The position numbers and the translations under genes were made by a program. Below are positions 37,709 through 49,525 of a stretch of 64,000 nucleotides of DNA, piece after piece (the first letter of the stretch is position 1; each line of letters starts with the position of its first letter). Below the pieces are notes generated by a model. It ran no database searches. It had not been told where the DNA came from and saw nothing but the letters and a program-made list of their open reading frames with translations. This DNA comes from Octopus sinensis (lineage: Eukaryota). Location: contig NC_043006.1 of the NCBI RefSeq assembly GCF_006345805.1, positions 23,250,001 to 23,314,000 on the forward strand, read 5' to 3'.

Positions 37709-38000
37709 TAAGAAACACACAAAAGCCGTTCGATTCACTTCAACATTTAAGTTTAATTTGTCAAAATATTTTCGTCGCTAAAATCCGCTGCATCTCAGAG
37801 ATGCAGCACGGATTTTTGTCAGTGAACAGGTCGCGGATTTTAGCGACGAAAATATTTTGACAGATTAAACTTAAATGTTGAAGTGAATCGAACGGCTTTT
37901 ATGTTTCTTAAATGGCTTACAAACACCTTACACGCTGCAATTGTTTTCGTTCCAGCACACGATCTCAGATCAAATCACTTGCTATGCGAGTACATCTCCG
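37709..38000 (+). mobile_element. Hammerhead-bearing fold-back element (probable non-autonomous PLE derivative), copy 1
   Basis: Left arm 37709-37778 is an inverted copy of 37833-37910; the right side continues to the same end (gtcactt.ctatgc.a.tacat.tccg) as the copy at 40321. Confidence 0.75.
37816..37863 (+). ncRNA. Minimal type-I hammerhead motif, G3:C8 core variant
   Basis: TTGTCA-GTGAACA-G-GTCGC(ggatttta)GCGAC-GAA-AATATT-T-TGACAG. Confidence 0.65.
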
Positions 38001-38591
38001 ATTATCTTATCCTTAAGCAGGAACATCTCATGCTGTTATCTCTTTTGTTTCTTTTCCCCCTAAAACCAAAATAAAGCTTTGTATCTGTGCAATCAACATT
38101 TGTCACGTAGATGTGGTACAATGGGATTTGAATTAGTCTAAATGATTTGCTGTACCTGATATAAATTATGCAACGGATGAATTTAGTATAAATCTGTGCA
38201 AACATTTCTAAAGTCAAATGATGCAATGGTCACGGCTGGAAACCTGTAACTGTTGTTACATTATTCATATCAATACAAATAAAAGTCACTCATTAGAATA
38301 TATGTACAGTTCAAAGAATATGACTTGTGATTTGGCAAAATAAAATTATCTATTCCTATCTTTGGCTCTATACCGAACGAGGGAGCGGTATAATTGATTG
38401 AAACGGCACGAGTATATAGTTACATTTGTTATTTGCCACATCTTCCAGGGAATTAAAGGCAAAGTTAATCAACAGAGATTCGACCGAGAACGTGAGGGTA
38501 TGTGATTTATATAATCAGTAAAGTAACAGAAATTACAGAACGATACACTAAATGCATTAAGTTTTGTCTTTAGATGAGTACAAATTCCAGT

Positions 38592-38979
38592 GAGGAGGCG
38601 CAATGCCCCAGTGGTTAGGGCAGCGGACTCGCGGTCGTAGGATCGCGGTTTCGATTCCCAGACCGGGCGTTGTTAGTGTTTATTGAGCGAAAACACCTAA
38701 AGCTCCACGAGGCTCCGGCAGGGATGGTGGTGATCCTGCTGTACTCTTTCACCACAACTGTCTCTCACTCTTACTTCCTGTTTCTGTTGTACCTGTATTT
38801 TCAAAGGGCCGGCCTGTCACTCTCTGTGTCACGCTGAATATCCCCGAGAACTACGTTAAGGTACAGTGTCTGTGGAGTGCTCAGCCACTTACACGTTAAT
38901 TTCACGAGCAGGCTGTTCCGTTGATCGGATCAACCGGAACCCTCGTCGTCGTAACCGACGGAGTGCTTCCTTCCTTCCC
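38592..38979 (+). mobile_element. Full-length SINE C with 12-bp TSD
   Basis: TSD acaaattccagt at 38580-38591 and 38980-38991; tRNA-like head cagtggttagggcagcggac...ggtttcgattccc; (TTCC)n tail. Confidence 0.96.
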
Positions 38980-39614
38980 ACAAATTCCAGTAATATAATG
39001 GAAAAGACGATACTGATAATGGAACTGAACCAGGATATAACCCAATATTTTTTTTTCAACTTCAAAGTTAGTGCTGTTGTCGTTCTGAAATTGAATAGAC
39101 CTATGTTCACAATGACACAACGATTACAGCTTTCCAGCCGTGACCATTGCATCATTTTATTTTGAGGTACAGACTTTTTCGGGTTACATTATACTGAATG
39201 TGTCTATCGCATTCTTAAGATGGTGAGATGTGATTTAAAAGTGCTGTGACTTTATTTCTAAGAAGTTCAACGAAACATAGAGTCTCTTTATTTGATTCGT
39301 TAAAGATGTTGTAGTTTAGAACCTAAGAACTGAAGATTAATCAAATTTTGAGTCGAATTTACGGTATGTCAACGTTTTACATTTTCTTTAAATGATGAAA
39401 CTACTTTTGGTTCTGAAAATGGGATCTCTGCAGGTAAAGGAGACTGAAAGATTATCAAAGAACTATTTGAAATTTAAATGATATTAGTAAGATCGATGTC
39501 TTTTACAGTCGCTTATATTATTCGTAGAATATCGTAGAATACTGTTAGATACGGAAAAAACCCGAAAATACAATCCATTTTGTTAAAGTGACTGCATGAA
39601 ACTAGAAGAAATGG

Positions 39615-39745
39615 TATTGAAGACTTCAAAATGGAGAAGAAATTAAAGTGCAATGGTCATGTTGTGCGGATGTAAGACGAACATAAACCAACGCAAATTA
39701 CTTCCAACTTAAAGAAGGTAAATGAATGTAAGAAAGGCTTGGTTA
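39615..39745 (+). mobile_element. RTE-clade LINE C-terminal remnant
   Basis: LKCNGHVVRM*DEHKPTQI resembles the LRW.GHV.RM.D.R.PKQI motif. Confidence 0.5.
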
Positions 39746-40267
39746 GAACACACACACACACACACACATCGCATCTACACATACATACATGCTAACCGAA
39801 CATGAGAAAGGCTTCTATATGGTTCTATCAGAGTTTCCAATAGAGTTTCCGGCTAAATTCCCAAGCATGGCCAACTGAGATTATAGATATTATCTAACCG
39901 TCTTATCCTTGGTCTATCCCTAGATTTCCCACCGGTTAGCTTGGTTTGAAGCATCCGTCTTGCCGCGCATGCGTGTGAATGCGTGTGTGTTCGCGCGCGC
40001 GCAAATACACATCTATGTGTTTGTGATGAACAAATGGAAGGAGAAAGCAGAAATAATGTATGTATGACTAGATATTGTAGTTATGTTGAAAGACATTGTA
40101 AGCTACATGATAGTGATGGGGTTGTGTTGGTGTTGTTGGTGTGGTAGTGGTTTTAGTGATGGCGATGGAAAGGTTGAAGATGGTTAGGGTGAGGGTGATG
40201 ATAGTGATAGTGGTGTTTACATTTTTAGGAAAATCCCTAGGGACTGTGCATCGACATGTGTGTAATA

Positions 40268-40312
<45 letters not shown>

Positions 40313-40320
40313 AACAATTT

Positions 40321-40651
40321 CAACGTGGAAGGTGTTTATAAACCATTTAAAAACACACAAAAACCGTTAGATTCACTTCCACATTTAAGTTTAATTTGTC
40401 AAAATATTTTCGGTACTTTGAGATTGCGACCTGTTCACTGACAAAATTCCTTGTTGCACGGAATTTTGTCAGTGAACAGGTCGCGTCCTCAAAGCGACGA
40501 AAATATTTTGACAAATTAAATTTAAATGTGGAAGTGAATCTAACGGCTTTTGTGTGTTTTTAAATGGCTTATAAACACCTTCCACGCTGGAATTGTTTTT
40601 GTTTCAGCACGCGATCTCAGATCAGGTCACTTACTATGCAAATACATTTCC
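40321..40651 (+). mobile_element. Hammerhead-bearing fold-back element, copy 2
   Basis: ~130-bp arms 40321-40450 and 40460-40590 with a 9-nt loop; 3' end abuts (TA)n. Confidence 0.8.
40465..40515 (+). ncRNA. Minimal type-I hammerhead motif, G3:C8 core variant
   Basis: TTTGTCA-GTGAACA-G-GTCGC(gtcctcaaa)GCGAC-GAA-AATATT-T-TGACAAA: 7-bp stem I, 5-bp stem II. Confidence 0.7.
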
Positions 40652-40710
40652 GTATATATATATATATATATATAAGAGAGGGAGGTAAGAGAAGCACACG
40701 AAGACGTACG

Positions 40711-40766
<56 letters not shown>

Positions 40767-40959
40767 TACATACATACATACATACATACATACATACATA
40801 AGTATATATTTACAGTTCAGGGAGAATATGCAGGGTGTGTATGCAGGGATGTATGTAGACATGCAAGAAAAATACGCCACAAACAACAACCGTAACACAA
40901 AAGGGATCTAGTTTGTGGTCTTTTATTTTTTTATTTCATGGTGAACAGTCTTAGATGGG

Positions 40960-41090
40960 AATCTGTGGTGGTGGTGGTGGTGGTGCTGGTGCTAGTGGCG
41001 GCGGCGGCAGTGGTAGTAGTGGCGACTGTGGGGGGCGATAATGGTACTTCTTGTATTGACGATGGTAGTAGTAGTAGTAGTAGTAGTAGT

Positions 41091-41125
<35 letters not shown>

Positions 41126-42050
41126 TAGTAGTAGTAGAGGATGGTGATGGTGTGGAAGGTTTGACGATGGTAGGAGAGAAGAATGGTTGATGAGGTACGT
41201 CGATATTTTGTTGATGTTGACGATGCAGGAAGTAATGACGACGACGACGACGACGACGAAGACGATGCTGATGATGATGATGATGTTGATGATGATGATG
41301 ATGATGATGACAGTGGTAGTTTTGGTGGATGTTGGTAATAATGCAGGTGGTTTTCAGTTGTTGTGATTGCGTTGATGTCGGTGTTGGTGATGACGGCGAT
41401 GACGACGATGTGACTGAGGAAGAGGAGGAAGATGTGGTGGATGAGGATGTGGTGGATGAGGATGTGGTGGATGAGGATGTGGTGGATGAGGATGTGGTAG
41501 TGATAACAGCGATGATAATAACAGTATTGTTGATGACAGCCGTTATTAATGGAGATGAGGAAAAGCTAGTGATTACGGGTTGGTCGATGATGGTAGCAAT
41601 GATGATGATGATGGTAAGAATACATACCAGTGGTGGCGCTGTCGTTCGACAGAGGTACGATGATAAAAGTGATGGTGCTATTGAGTTGATGATTGATGAT
41701 GATGGTGGTGGTGGTAATGATGGTTGTGATGGTGGTGGTGGTGATGGTGGTGACAACGATGATGAAAACGGGTGACAGTGGTAATGATGTATGTCTTTAC
41801 TGCCCACAAGGGGCTAAACATAGAGGGGACAAACAAGAACAGACAAAGGGATTAAGTCGATTACATCGACCCCAGTGGGAAACTAGTACTTTGTTTATCG
41901 ACCCCGAAAGGATGAAAGGCAAAGTCGACCTCGGCAGATGGTGTTGCTGATGATGGTGATAGTGGTGTTGGTGATGGTGTTAGTAGTAGTGGTGGCGGTG
42001 ATAGTGGTGATGCTGAAGCTAGTGATTGTGAGGATGACGATGATGATGAT
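40960..42050. repeat. Long mixed trinucleotide tract (GTG/GTA/GCA/GAT/GAC) with a short 15-bp tandem gatgtggtggatgag
   Basis: Directly visible; source of the ORFs at 40992 and 41329. Confidence 0.9.
41795..41937 (-). mobile_element. SINE A 3' part inside the trinucleotide tract
   Basis: cccacaaggggctaaac...gaaaggatgaaaggcaaagtcgacctcggc. Confidence 0.9.
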
Positions 42051-42192
42051 GGACGAAGAATAGTAAAAAAAAAAGGGAGAAAGCCAAGAAGACCCAAATA
42101 TTTTAAAATTCCTATTTAAATTAAATTCCTGTTTGAATTAAAGGGCTGATCTAATCGACTACACCTCATGAAATAGTCCTTGGGATACTGAT

Positions 42193-42650
42193 GGCGCAGG
42201 CGTGGCTGTGTGGCAAGAAGCTTGCTTCCCACCCACATGGTTTCGGGTTCAGACCCACTACGTAGCACTTTGGGTAAGTGTCTTCTACAATAGCCGCGGG
42301 TCGATTTCGTAAGTGGATTTGACAGACGAAACTGAAAGAAATATGTCGCGCGAGTGCGTGCGCTGTGTGTGTGTGTGTGTGTGTGTGTGTTTGTGTGTGT
42401 GGTGTGTGTAAAGATAGATAAATAGATAGCTAGACAGATAGAAGTGTGTTGTTGTCTTTGTGCTTGGACCTCCGCCTGCTTGACAACCGTTGTTGGTTTG
42501 TTTGCTTCCCGTAACTTTACGGTTCGGCAAAGGTGACCAATAGAATAAGTACCAGACTTTAAAAAACAGTTCTCGTATCGATTTGTTCAACTTAAACCCG
42601 TCAAGGTTATGCCCCAGTGTGGCCACAGTCATAAAAAGATAAAAGAAGAT
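42193..42650 (+). mobile_element. Older SINE B
   Basis: ggcgcaggcgtggctgtgtgg head through gccccagtgtggccacagtc tail. Confidence 0.85.
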
Positions 42651-43130
42651 ACTTTAGAACTTCAGATTTCTGAAATAACTCCCTATAATCATGACGGTGT
42701 GACGGTTAATGTTTACTAACCATGCACGTATAGGCACAGGCCTGATTGTGTGGTAAGAAGCTTGCTTCTCAACGAGGTTCAATTCTTATGGTGAAATAAG
42801 GCTCTCTCACCTTCACCCAACAACGTGAAAAAGCGGCTGACTTGATTCATTGAGTTGAAGATAATAAAATATTTAAGACCAGAGTTAATCTGGTTAGGCA
42901 AATGAATGTTCTCGTTCTGATCTTCAAATTTTGTCAATTTCGTTCGAGAGCATGCCTCCTGAGAAATTATAACATGTATGCTTTTCTTTATAATGTAATC
43001 TATATGTAACGGCATGCATGTATACATGTATGTAAAAGTATGTATATATATACGCACATACATAACAACACACACAATATATATATATATTATATATATA
43101 TGTATATATATATAATATAACCTATATATG

Positions 43131-43204
<74 letters not shown>

Positions 43205-43250
43205 TATATATATATAGATATATTATATAATATATATATATATCTATATT

Positions 43251-43460
43251 ATACAATATGTTACATTACTCCGGTAGTCAAGATAAAACTCTGAGTTCAG
43301 ATGCCGAAGTGGAAGAGATGGTGTTGTGGATTTCCACTTCGGCATCTGAACTCAGAGTTTTATCTTGACTACCTAGTAATGTAACATATTGTATAGATAA
43401 ATTTCCTCTATTTACATAATATTGAGGTCTCTTTCTTCTTTGTTATCTTACCGTTTTATC
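43251..43460. mobile_element. Fold-back insert in (TA)n: ~63-bp arms, 17-nt loop, right arm extended
   Basis: 43251-43314 versus 43332-43394, near-perfect reverse complements. Confidence 0.8.
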
Positions 43461-43478
43461 AATATAATTATATTATAT

Positions 43479-43514
<36 letters not shown>

Positions 43515-43930
43515 CTCTTTCTCTTTTACTCTTTTTTTGTTTCAGTCATTTGATTGCGGCCATGCTGGAGCACCGCCTTTTAGTCGAGCAAATCGACCCC
43601 GAGACTTATTCTTTGTAACCCAGTACTTATTCTATCGGGGACGTTAAACACACCAGCATCGTTGTCAAGCAATGCTAGGGGGACAAACACAGACACACAA
43701 ACACATACACACACATACACACACACACACATATATATATATATTATATATATATAATAGATATATACATATATACGACAGGCTTCTTTCAGTTTCCGTC
43801 TACCAAATCTACTCACAAGACATTGGTCGGCCGGGGCTATAGCAGAAGACACTTGCCCAAGATGCCACGCAGTGGGACTGAACCCGGAACCATGTGGTTG
43901 GTTAGCAAGCTACTTACCACACAGCCACTC
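43515..43930 (-). mobile_element. SINE B
   Basis: Reverse complement of the family consensus. Confidence 0.93.
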
Positions 43931-44251
43931 ACATATATATGTATACTTATGCATATATATGTATATATATATATATATACTTACATATGTGAGTATGTAT
44001 ATATATGTATGTGTACACACATATATATATATATATATGCTTATATATGTGAGTATTATGTATGTACGTATGTATGTATGTATGTATTATGTGTGTGTAT
44101 ATATATACATACACACACACACATTCCAAATTTGTGTGTGTAAGGGATAATATATTACTTTAATACATTTAAAACATAGTCTGGTTTTCACGTTTCTTAC
44201 TGTATTAAAAAGAAACAGTTTTACAGTGTTGAAGTGTGTTAAACATGAAAA

Positions 44252-45244
44252 AAATGCTTTGCAATATTCATGAAGTTCAATTAGCGCTTTCATATGTTCG
44301 TAGTAATCATCAAATTTCAAAATGTATTCAGCTGACAGTTGAGTTTTGACAGTAAAATGACTGACTCTTTTACTTTTTATACCTCTTAGGAGACTCCAAT
44401 AAGCTGAATTTTAGGAATACGGTTTTGACCAATCCGCATGCTTCTTAAACGTCACGGTTACCCGGGCCTACTGATATTACTGGCATAGATGCCGCCTTTA
44501 TTATAACCATTTGGCCTGCGGTTTACATGTAATGGTTTTATGAGTGAGCAAACTTACTTGGTTTCAATCGTTTTTTATTTCAATTGGTGGGAGGCTTCTG
44601 TAATTTGTTTATCTTCATAATGTTAAAGATATTTTTTAATCCACTGGCTGTTATATTATTGTTGTTATTTTCGTTCAGAACAGGTTTCAACATTTTGATA
44701 AAACGTTTTTCTTATATCTATCTTCCAACCTCACTTGTATCATGTAGTTTGTAGAAAGGAAAAATTAGAAACATTTTCTGACCACATGTTTCTGTATATT
44801 CACTCTGGATTTGTTTTGTTAGTGCTCTGGATTTGTTTTCTGTGGACTTGTCAGCGTTCCGATAATGCATTCTCTGCCTCGCCAATATATATTTACTCGC
44901 AATTAGGGCATTTAATGCAGTAGAACAAATTTCTGCTTTTGCAGTTCATATCTGCATTTGCGAACATCTATCCATTGTTTGTTCTAATGGATCTATGCCA
45001 GTAATATCAATACGCCCGGTAAACCGTGTCGTTTAAGATGCATGAGGATTGGTCAAAACCGTATTCTAAAAATTCAGCTTGTAGGAGCTTTCTAAGAGGT
45101 ATAAAGAGGGAAGAAGTCAGTCATTTTACTACAGTTGTTAAGAACTCAACTGTCAGTTAAATACATTTTGAAATCTAATGATTACTACGAATGTATGAAA
45201 GCGATAATTGAACTTTATGAGATAGTTTTTGCAAAAAATAGCAT
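44252..45244. mobile_element. ~1-kb element with ~240-bp degenerate TIRs
   Basis: 44252-44490 aligns with the reverse complement of 44991-45244; no TSD or coding motif recognised. Confidence 0.75.
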
Positions 45245-45247
45245 GAC

Positions 45248-45487
45248 TTCATTTACCTACTCTCCGTATTCGCTAATCTTGCTCCCCGCGACTTTTTCTT
45301 TTACCCCGAATGAAAAAGGTCCTTAAAGGAAAACATTTTGCAGATGTGGAAGAGGTGAAGAAAAAAAAGACAGAGATGCTTAAAAAAAAGACGCAAGAGT
45401 TCAAAGGGCTGCATCGAATAGTGGAAAACGCATCTGGACCGATGCATTGCTTCAAATGGAGAATCCTTTGAAGGCGATAAAGTGTAA
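45248..45487 (+). mobile_element. mariner transposase C-terminal remnant
   Basis: Shifted frames give YS..LAPRDFF.YPRMKKVLKGKHFADVEEVK...WKTHLDRCIASNGESFEGD. Confidence 0.85.
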
Positions 45488-45489
45488 AC

Positions 45490-45888
45490 ATGGAGTGGCT
45501 GTATGGTAAGTACCTTGCTTACCAACAACATGGTTCCGGGTTCCGGATGCGTGGCATCTTGGGCAAGTGTCTTCTGCTATAGCCTCGGGCCGACCAATGC
45601 CTTGTGAGTGGATTTGGTAGACGGAAACTGAAAGAAGCCTGTCGTATATATGTATATATATATGTATGTATGTGTGTGTATATGTTTGTGTGTCTGTGTT
45701 TGTCCCCCTAGCATTGCTTGACAACCGATGTTGGTGTGTTTACGTCCCCGTCACTTAGCGGTTCGGCAAAAGAGACCGATAGAATAAGTACTGGGCTTAC
45801 AAAGAATAAGTCCCGGGGTCGATTTGCTCGACTAAAGGCGGTGCCTCAGCATGACCGCAGTCAAATGACTAAAACAAGTAAAAGAGTA
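45490..45888 (+). mobile_element. SINE B
   Basis: ggagtggctgtatggtaag...aaacaagtaaaagag. Confidence 0.93.
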
Positions 45889-46094
45889 TACAGAAAGAAG
45901 TGAATATAATAATATTGCAAAATTCCGACATCTTTTGGGCACCCCCTCGTTTAGGTCGTACTTTTAATCATGTTGAATAATAAAGTACCTAACGAGTGAG
46001 CTTTCGCAAAGGACAGGCTCAAGCTAGCAACTTGTTAGCGTGCTTTAATTTCAGTATCAACAAGAATCGAACGGACTTTTCAGCCAATCCAATA

Positions 46095-46756
46095 TGGGAG
46101 ATAGTATCATAAAGTTCCCGGACTATTTCTGTGGTGTGTCAACAAATGGCAGCACATAGGTGTACGCGCAGTGAGAGCTAGCAGTGCCCTTCATGCGGTA
46201 GTGTGCCAAGTAACATCACTGTGTTCACTTCGTAAGCTGTGAAATTTGTATTTTTGTGATCACATGTATACAGTAGTTTGCGATTGTGTCATGGGCAGAA
46301 ACAAAGAGCCAACGTGAAATATTGCGTTAAACTTGGGAAGTCTGCTACAGAGACATTGAGCATGCTTCGGCAAGCTCAGGGCAACGAGGCAAAAGCGACC
46401 GGATGTGGAACGTGAAGTATTGGATCTTCTCGTCAAAAATAACACGATATCGCTTCTGCACCCACCCTATTCGCCATCTTTAGCACCTACGGACTTCCAT
46501 CTCTTCCCCGAGATGAAAAGGCAGCTCAAAGGTCGCCGTTTCAACACCGTTTTCGAGATCCAGATTCAATCGCAGAAGGTCCTCGACTTGCTTACGGTAA
46601 ACCACTTCCAGGCCGGATTCCAAAAGTGGCAGGAACGCAGGGACCGGGTGTAGTTGTGCAAGGTGACTGTTACAAAGGAGATGATGTTAAAACTTTGGTA
46701 AATGAGTTTTTTTTTTATTAAAGATAACTTGTCCGGGAACTTTTGATACGACCTCG
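46095..46756 (+). mobile_element. Internally deleted mariner
   Basis: ~30-bp TIRs (gtatca.aaagttcccggac); N-terminal QRANVKYCVKLGKSATETLSMLRQA joined to LHPPYSPSLAPTDFHLFPEMKRQLKGRRF; TA on the left, CA on the right. Confidence 0.9.
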
Positions 46757-46797
46757 CACATCCATACATATTATAGATATACACATATATAATGAGT

Positions 46798-47110
46798 GGA
46801 GGCGCAATGGCCCAGTGGTTAGGGCAGCGGACTCGCGGTCGGAGGATCGCGGTTTCGATTCCCAGACCGGGCGTTGTGTGTGTTTATTGAACGAAAACAC
46901 CTAAAAGCTCCACGAGGCTCCAGCAGGGGGTGGTGGCGACCCCTGTTGTACTCTTTCGCCCCAACTTTCTCTCACTCTTTCTTCCTGTTTCTTGAGTAAC
47001 GCTGCGATGGACTGGCGTCTCGTCCAGCTGTGGAAACATACGCCACAGAAACTGGGAAACCGTGCCCATGAGCCTGGCTGGGCTTGAAAAGGGCGCATAA
47101 ATAAAAAAAA
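46798..47110 (+). mobile_element. SINE C variant with an alternative 3' module
   Basis: First ~195 bp match 38592; it then diverges at about 46990 into gctgcgatggactggcgtctcgtccag...aaaagggcgc plus an A-rich tail. Confidence 0.9.
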
Positions 47111-47114
47111 TAAC

Positions 47115-47175
<61 letters not shown>

Positions 47176-48013
47176 TAGGTAGGTAGGTTGCTGTACGTAC
47201 ACCATGATGTAGTTACGTATACAATGCCTCAAATAAACACTCAGTTTAAAATAAAATAAAAAGGTTCTATATATTAACTGCCTTAACGTTTTCTTGTTGT
47301 TTCAACGAAAGAAGGAATGATTGAGTCGTTCGGCCTTAAATAGCCGTCTGGAATGAGAAGAAGCGTAAAAAAAGGGCGGACGAAATTTGGTGACGTTAAT
47401 GTTTTCTTTTGAACTGTTGATGGTTAATAATTAGTTGAACCATATGGGGAGGAAATCGGTTCTAAAGAGAATGTTTTTGAGGAGAAAAATTACGCATAGC
47501 TTGTATAGTGTGTGGATAAGCAACCGAGCGAGAGAGTGATAGAGCAAGAGAGAGAGAGAGAGAGAGAGGGTGAAAGAGAGAAAGCGTGCATAAGTGCGTG
47601 CCTGCGCGTGTGTGTGTGTGTGTGTGTGTGCGTGCGTGGTGTGTTTGTGTGTTTATGTGCGTGTTCATGTGTGGGGGAGTGGGTTAAAAGGAGTGTCAAA
47701 ATGGGTTCGGCATGATGTGCTGGGTGGGACGGGGTTTGAAGTGGTGATGATGAGTTCGAAAAAAAAAATAATAAATAAAGCATATGAAAAATATTTTTTG
47801 GTAAAAGACAGGTGACAGAGAGATGAAATCCACGTTTTTTTAACAGCTAATGACAAAAGCGATATAGTTCATTGCAAGTTACTATGAAGAAATCTTCGTC
47901 TCGGCAAATGAAGGTTCTTCGTGTTAAAGAGTCTTGACAGATAAACACATTCAGCAAATAATTACAGGTTGAAATATTCCACACATGAAAGAGACTAGAA
48001 TAAATTACTATTT

Positions 48014-48156
48014 GGCACAGGCGTGACTATGTGGCGAGAAATTTGCTTCCCAAACGCATGATTCTGGGTTCAGTCTCTTGGTGTGGCACCTTGGTTAAGT
48101 GTCGACCAAAGCCTTGTGAATGGATTTATTAAACGGAAACTGAAAGAAACCCGTCG
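48014..48156 (+). mobile_element. Decayed SINE B 5' half
   Basis: ggcacaggcgtgactatgtgg...cgaccaaagccttgtga...ggaaactgaaagaa. Confidence 0.75.
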
Positions 48157-48338
48157 TCTCTCTCCTTCCTCTCCCCCCTCTCCTCTCTCTCCACACACAC
48201 ACACAGAGGAAATAAATTATATGGCCGGTCATAGAGTGACCAAAGGTTTCGCATCCATAAAGCGCTTAGCCTTATAGACGGCTCACCGGGTTGTAATGGC
48301 CGCCTTTCTTCCCATTTTAAGGAGACACATACATACAT

Positions 48339-49414
48339 GAAAGCAGTTTATCAGAGACCAATAGCCGGATTACTACCTCCCACTTTGAAGGGTATGCGTT
48401 TGCAATCCAGGAACAGGAAATATCAACCAAATACCTGATGCACAAAAGGGATAGAGATGCAGGAAAAACAGTAAAATGTAACAACCGATGCATACTTTGA
48501 GGAGTTAACACCGAAGATATCAATCACCCACATCATAAGCAGTTGTCCGAAAATGTCATCACGGCATTATCTACCGATGAGACATGACGTTGCAGCTAGG
48601 ACACTCTATAATGAAATCCGTCGGAAGGATAACTTCGAAGAAAAAGAAATAAGAACCCACAGTATGGCAGAAGCCATAGCCACTCATAATAAAAAGGATT
48701 ACTGGTGGAATGTCCCAGTGAACACCTCAATAAAATGTAAGCACAACAGACCTGATATAATGATTTGGGATTGAGAAGAGAAACTGTGTATAGTTGTGGA
48801 AATTAACTGCCCAACGGATGTTAGCATAAAGCTGAAGATCAGTGAAAAAGAGAACACCTACACTGAACTATTGAGAAATCTGCAGTTACACTATCCAGAT
48901 TATAAGTTCAGGTTTATATCTGTAATTATTGGAGCTCTGGGATATGTAGCACACTGCCAAAATACCAATCTTGAGAAATTAGGCTTCTCAAAATCAGAAA
49001 AGAGGAAGCTAATTCGAAGACTATAGATCTATCGCAGGAACTGAAAAATCTGTAAAACTTTCAGACGTTTAGCATTTAAATATATATGAGCATGTCTAGA
49101 TACGCATCTATATGCATTAGAATACATACATAAAGCAAAACACAAATCTGCACATATAGACACATACATTCATACATACATACATCCATACGTACATACA
49201 TACATACATACATACATACATACATACATACATACATACATAAATACATACATACATACATACATACATACATACATACATACATAAATACATACAAACA
49301 TACAAACAAAAATGCCTTGTTCATGTTGAAATTCCACTGAAGGAGCTTTGAATCTAAGTTAGGAATCGCCTCTTTCTCTATCGGCATGAAATCTTGAAAT
49401 AAAACTGAACAATG
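48339..49414 (+). mobile_element. 5'-truncated R4/Dong-clade non-LTR retrotransposon (CCHC + RLE + 3' UTR)
   Basis: EGYAFAIQEQEISTK, CxxC..E...HIISSC, RHD, HNRPDI..WD, VEINCP, VIIGALG motifs with stops and frameshifts; acatacat at 48331-48338 and 49415-49422. Confidence 0.92.
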
Positions 49415-49525
49415 ACATACATAAAGAACACAGAAAGAACTCGAACATTTGGGCCTCCAACCAGGCCTTTTGCAATACCCTTAAATCCAGGAACGTTTCT
49501 GTACCCTCTCTTATATTCATATATA

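Noticed and set aside
49330-49375. CTGAAGG...AGGAATC hammerhead-like motif in the R4 3' UTR
   Set aside because: A9 and GAAA are not intact and no stem I or III was found.
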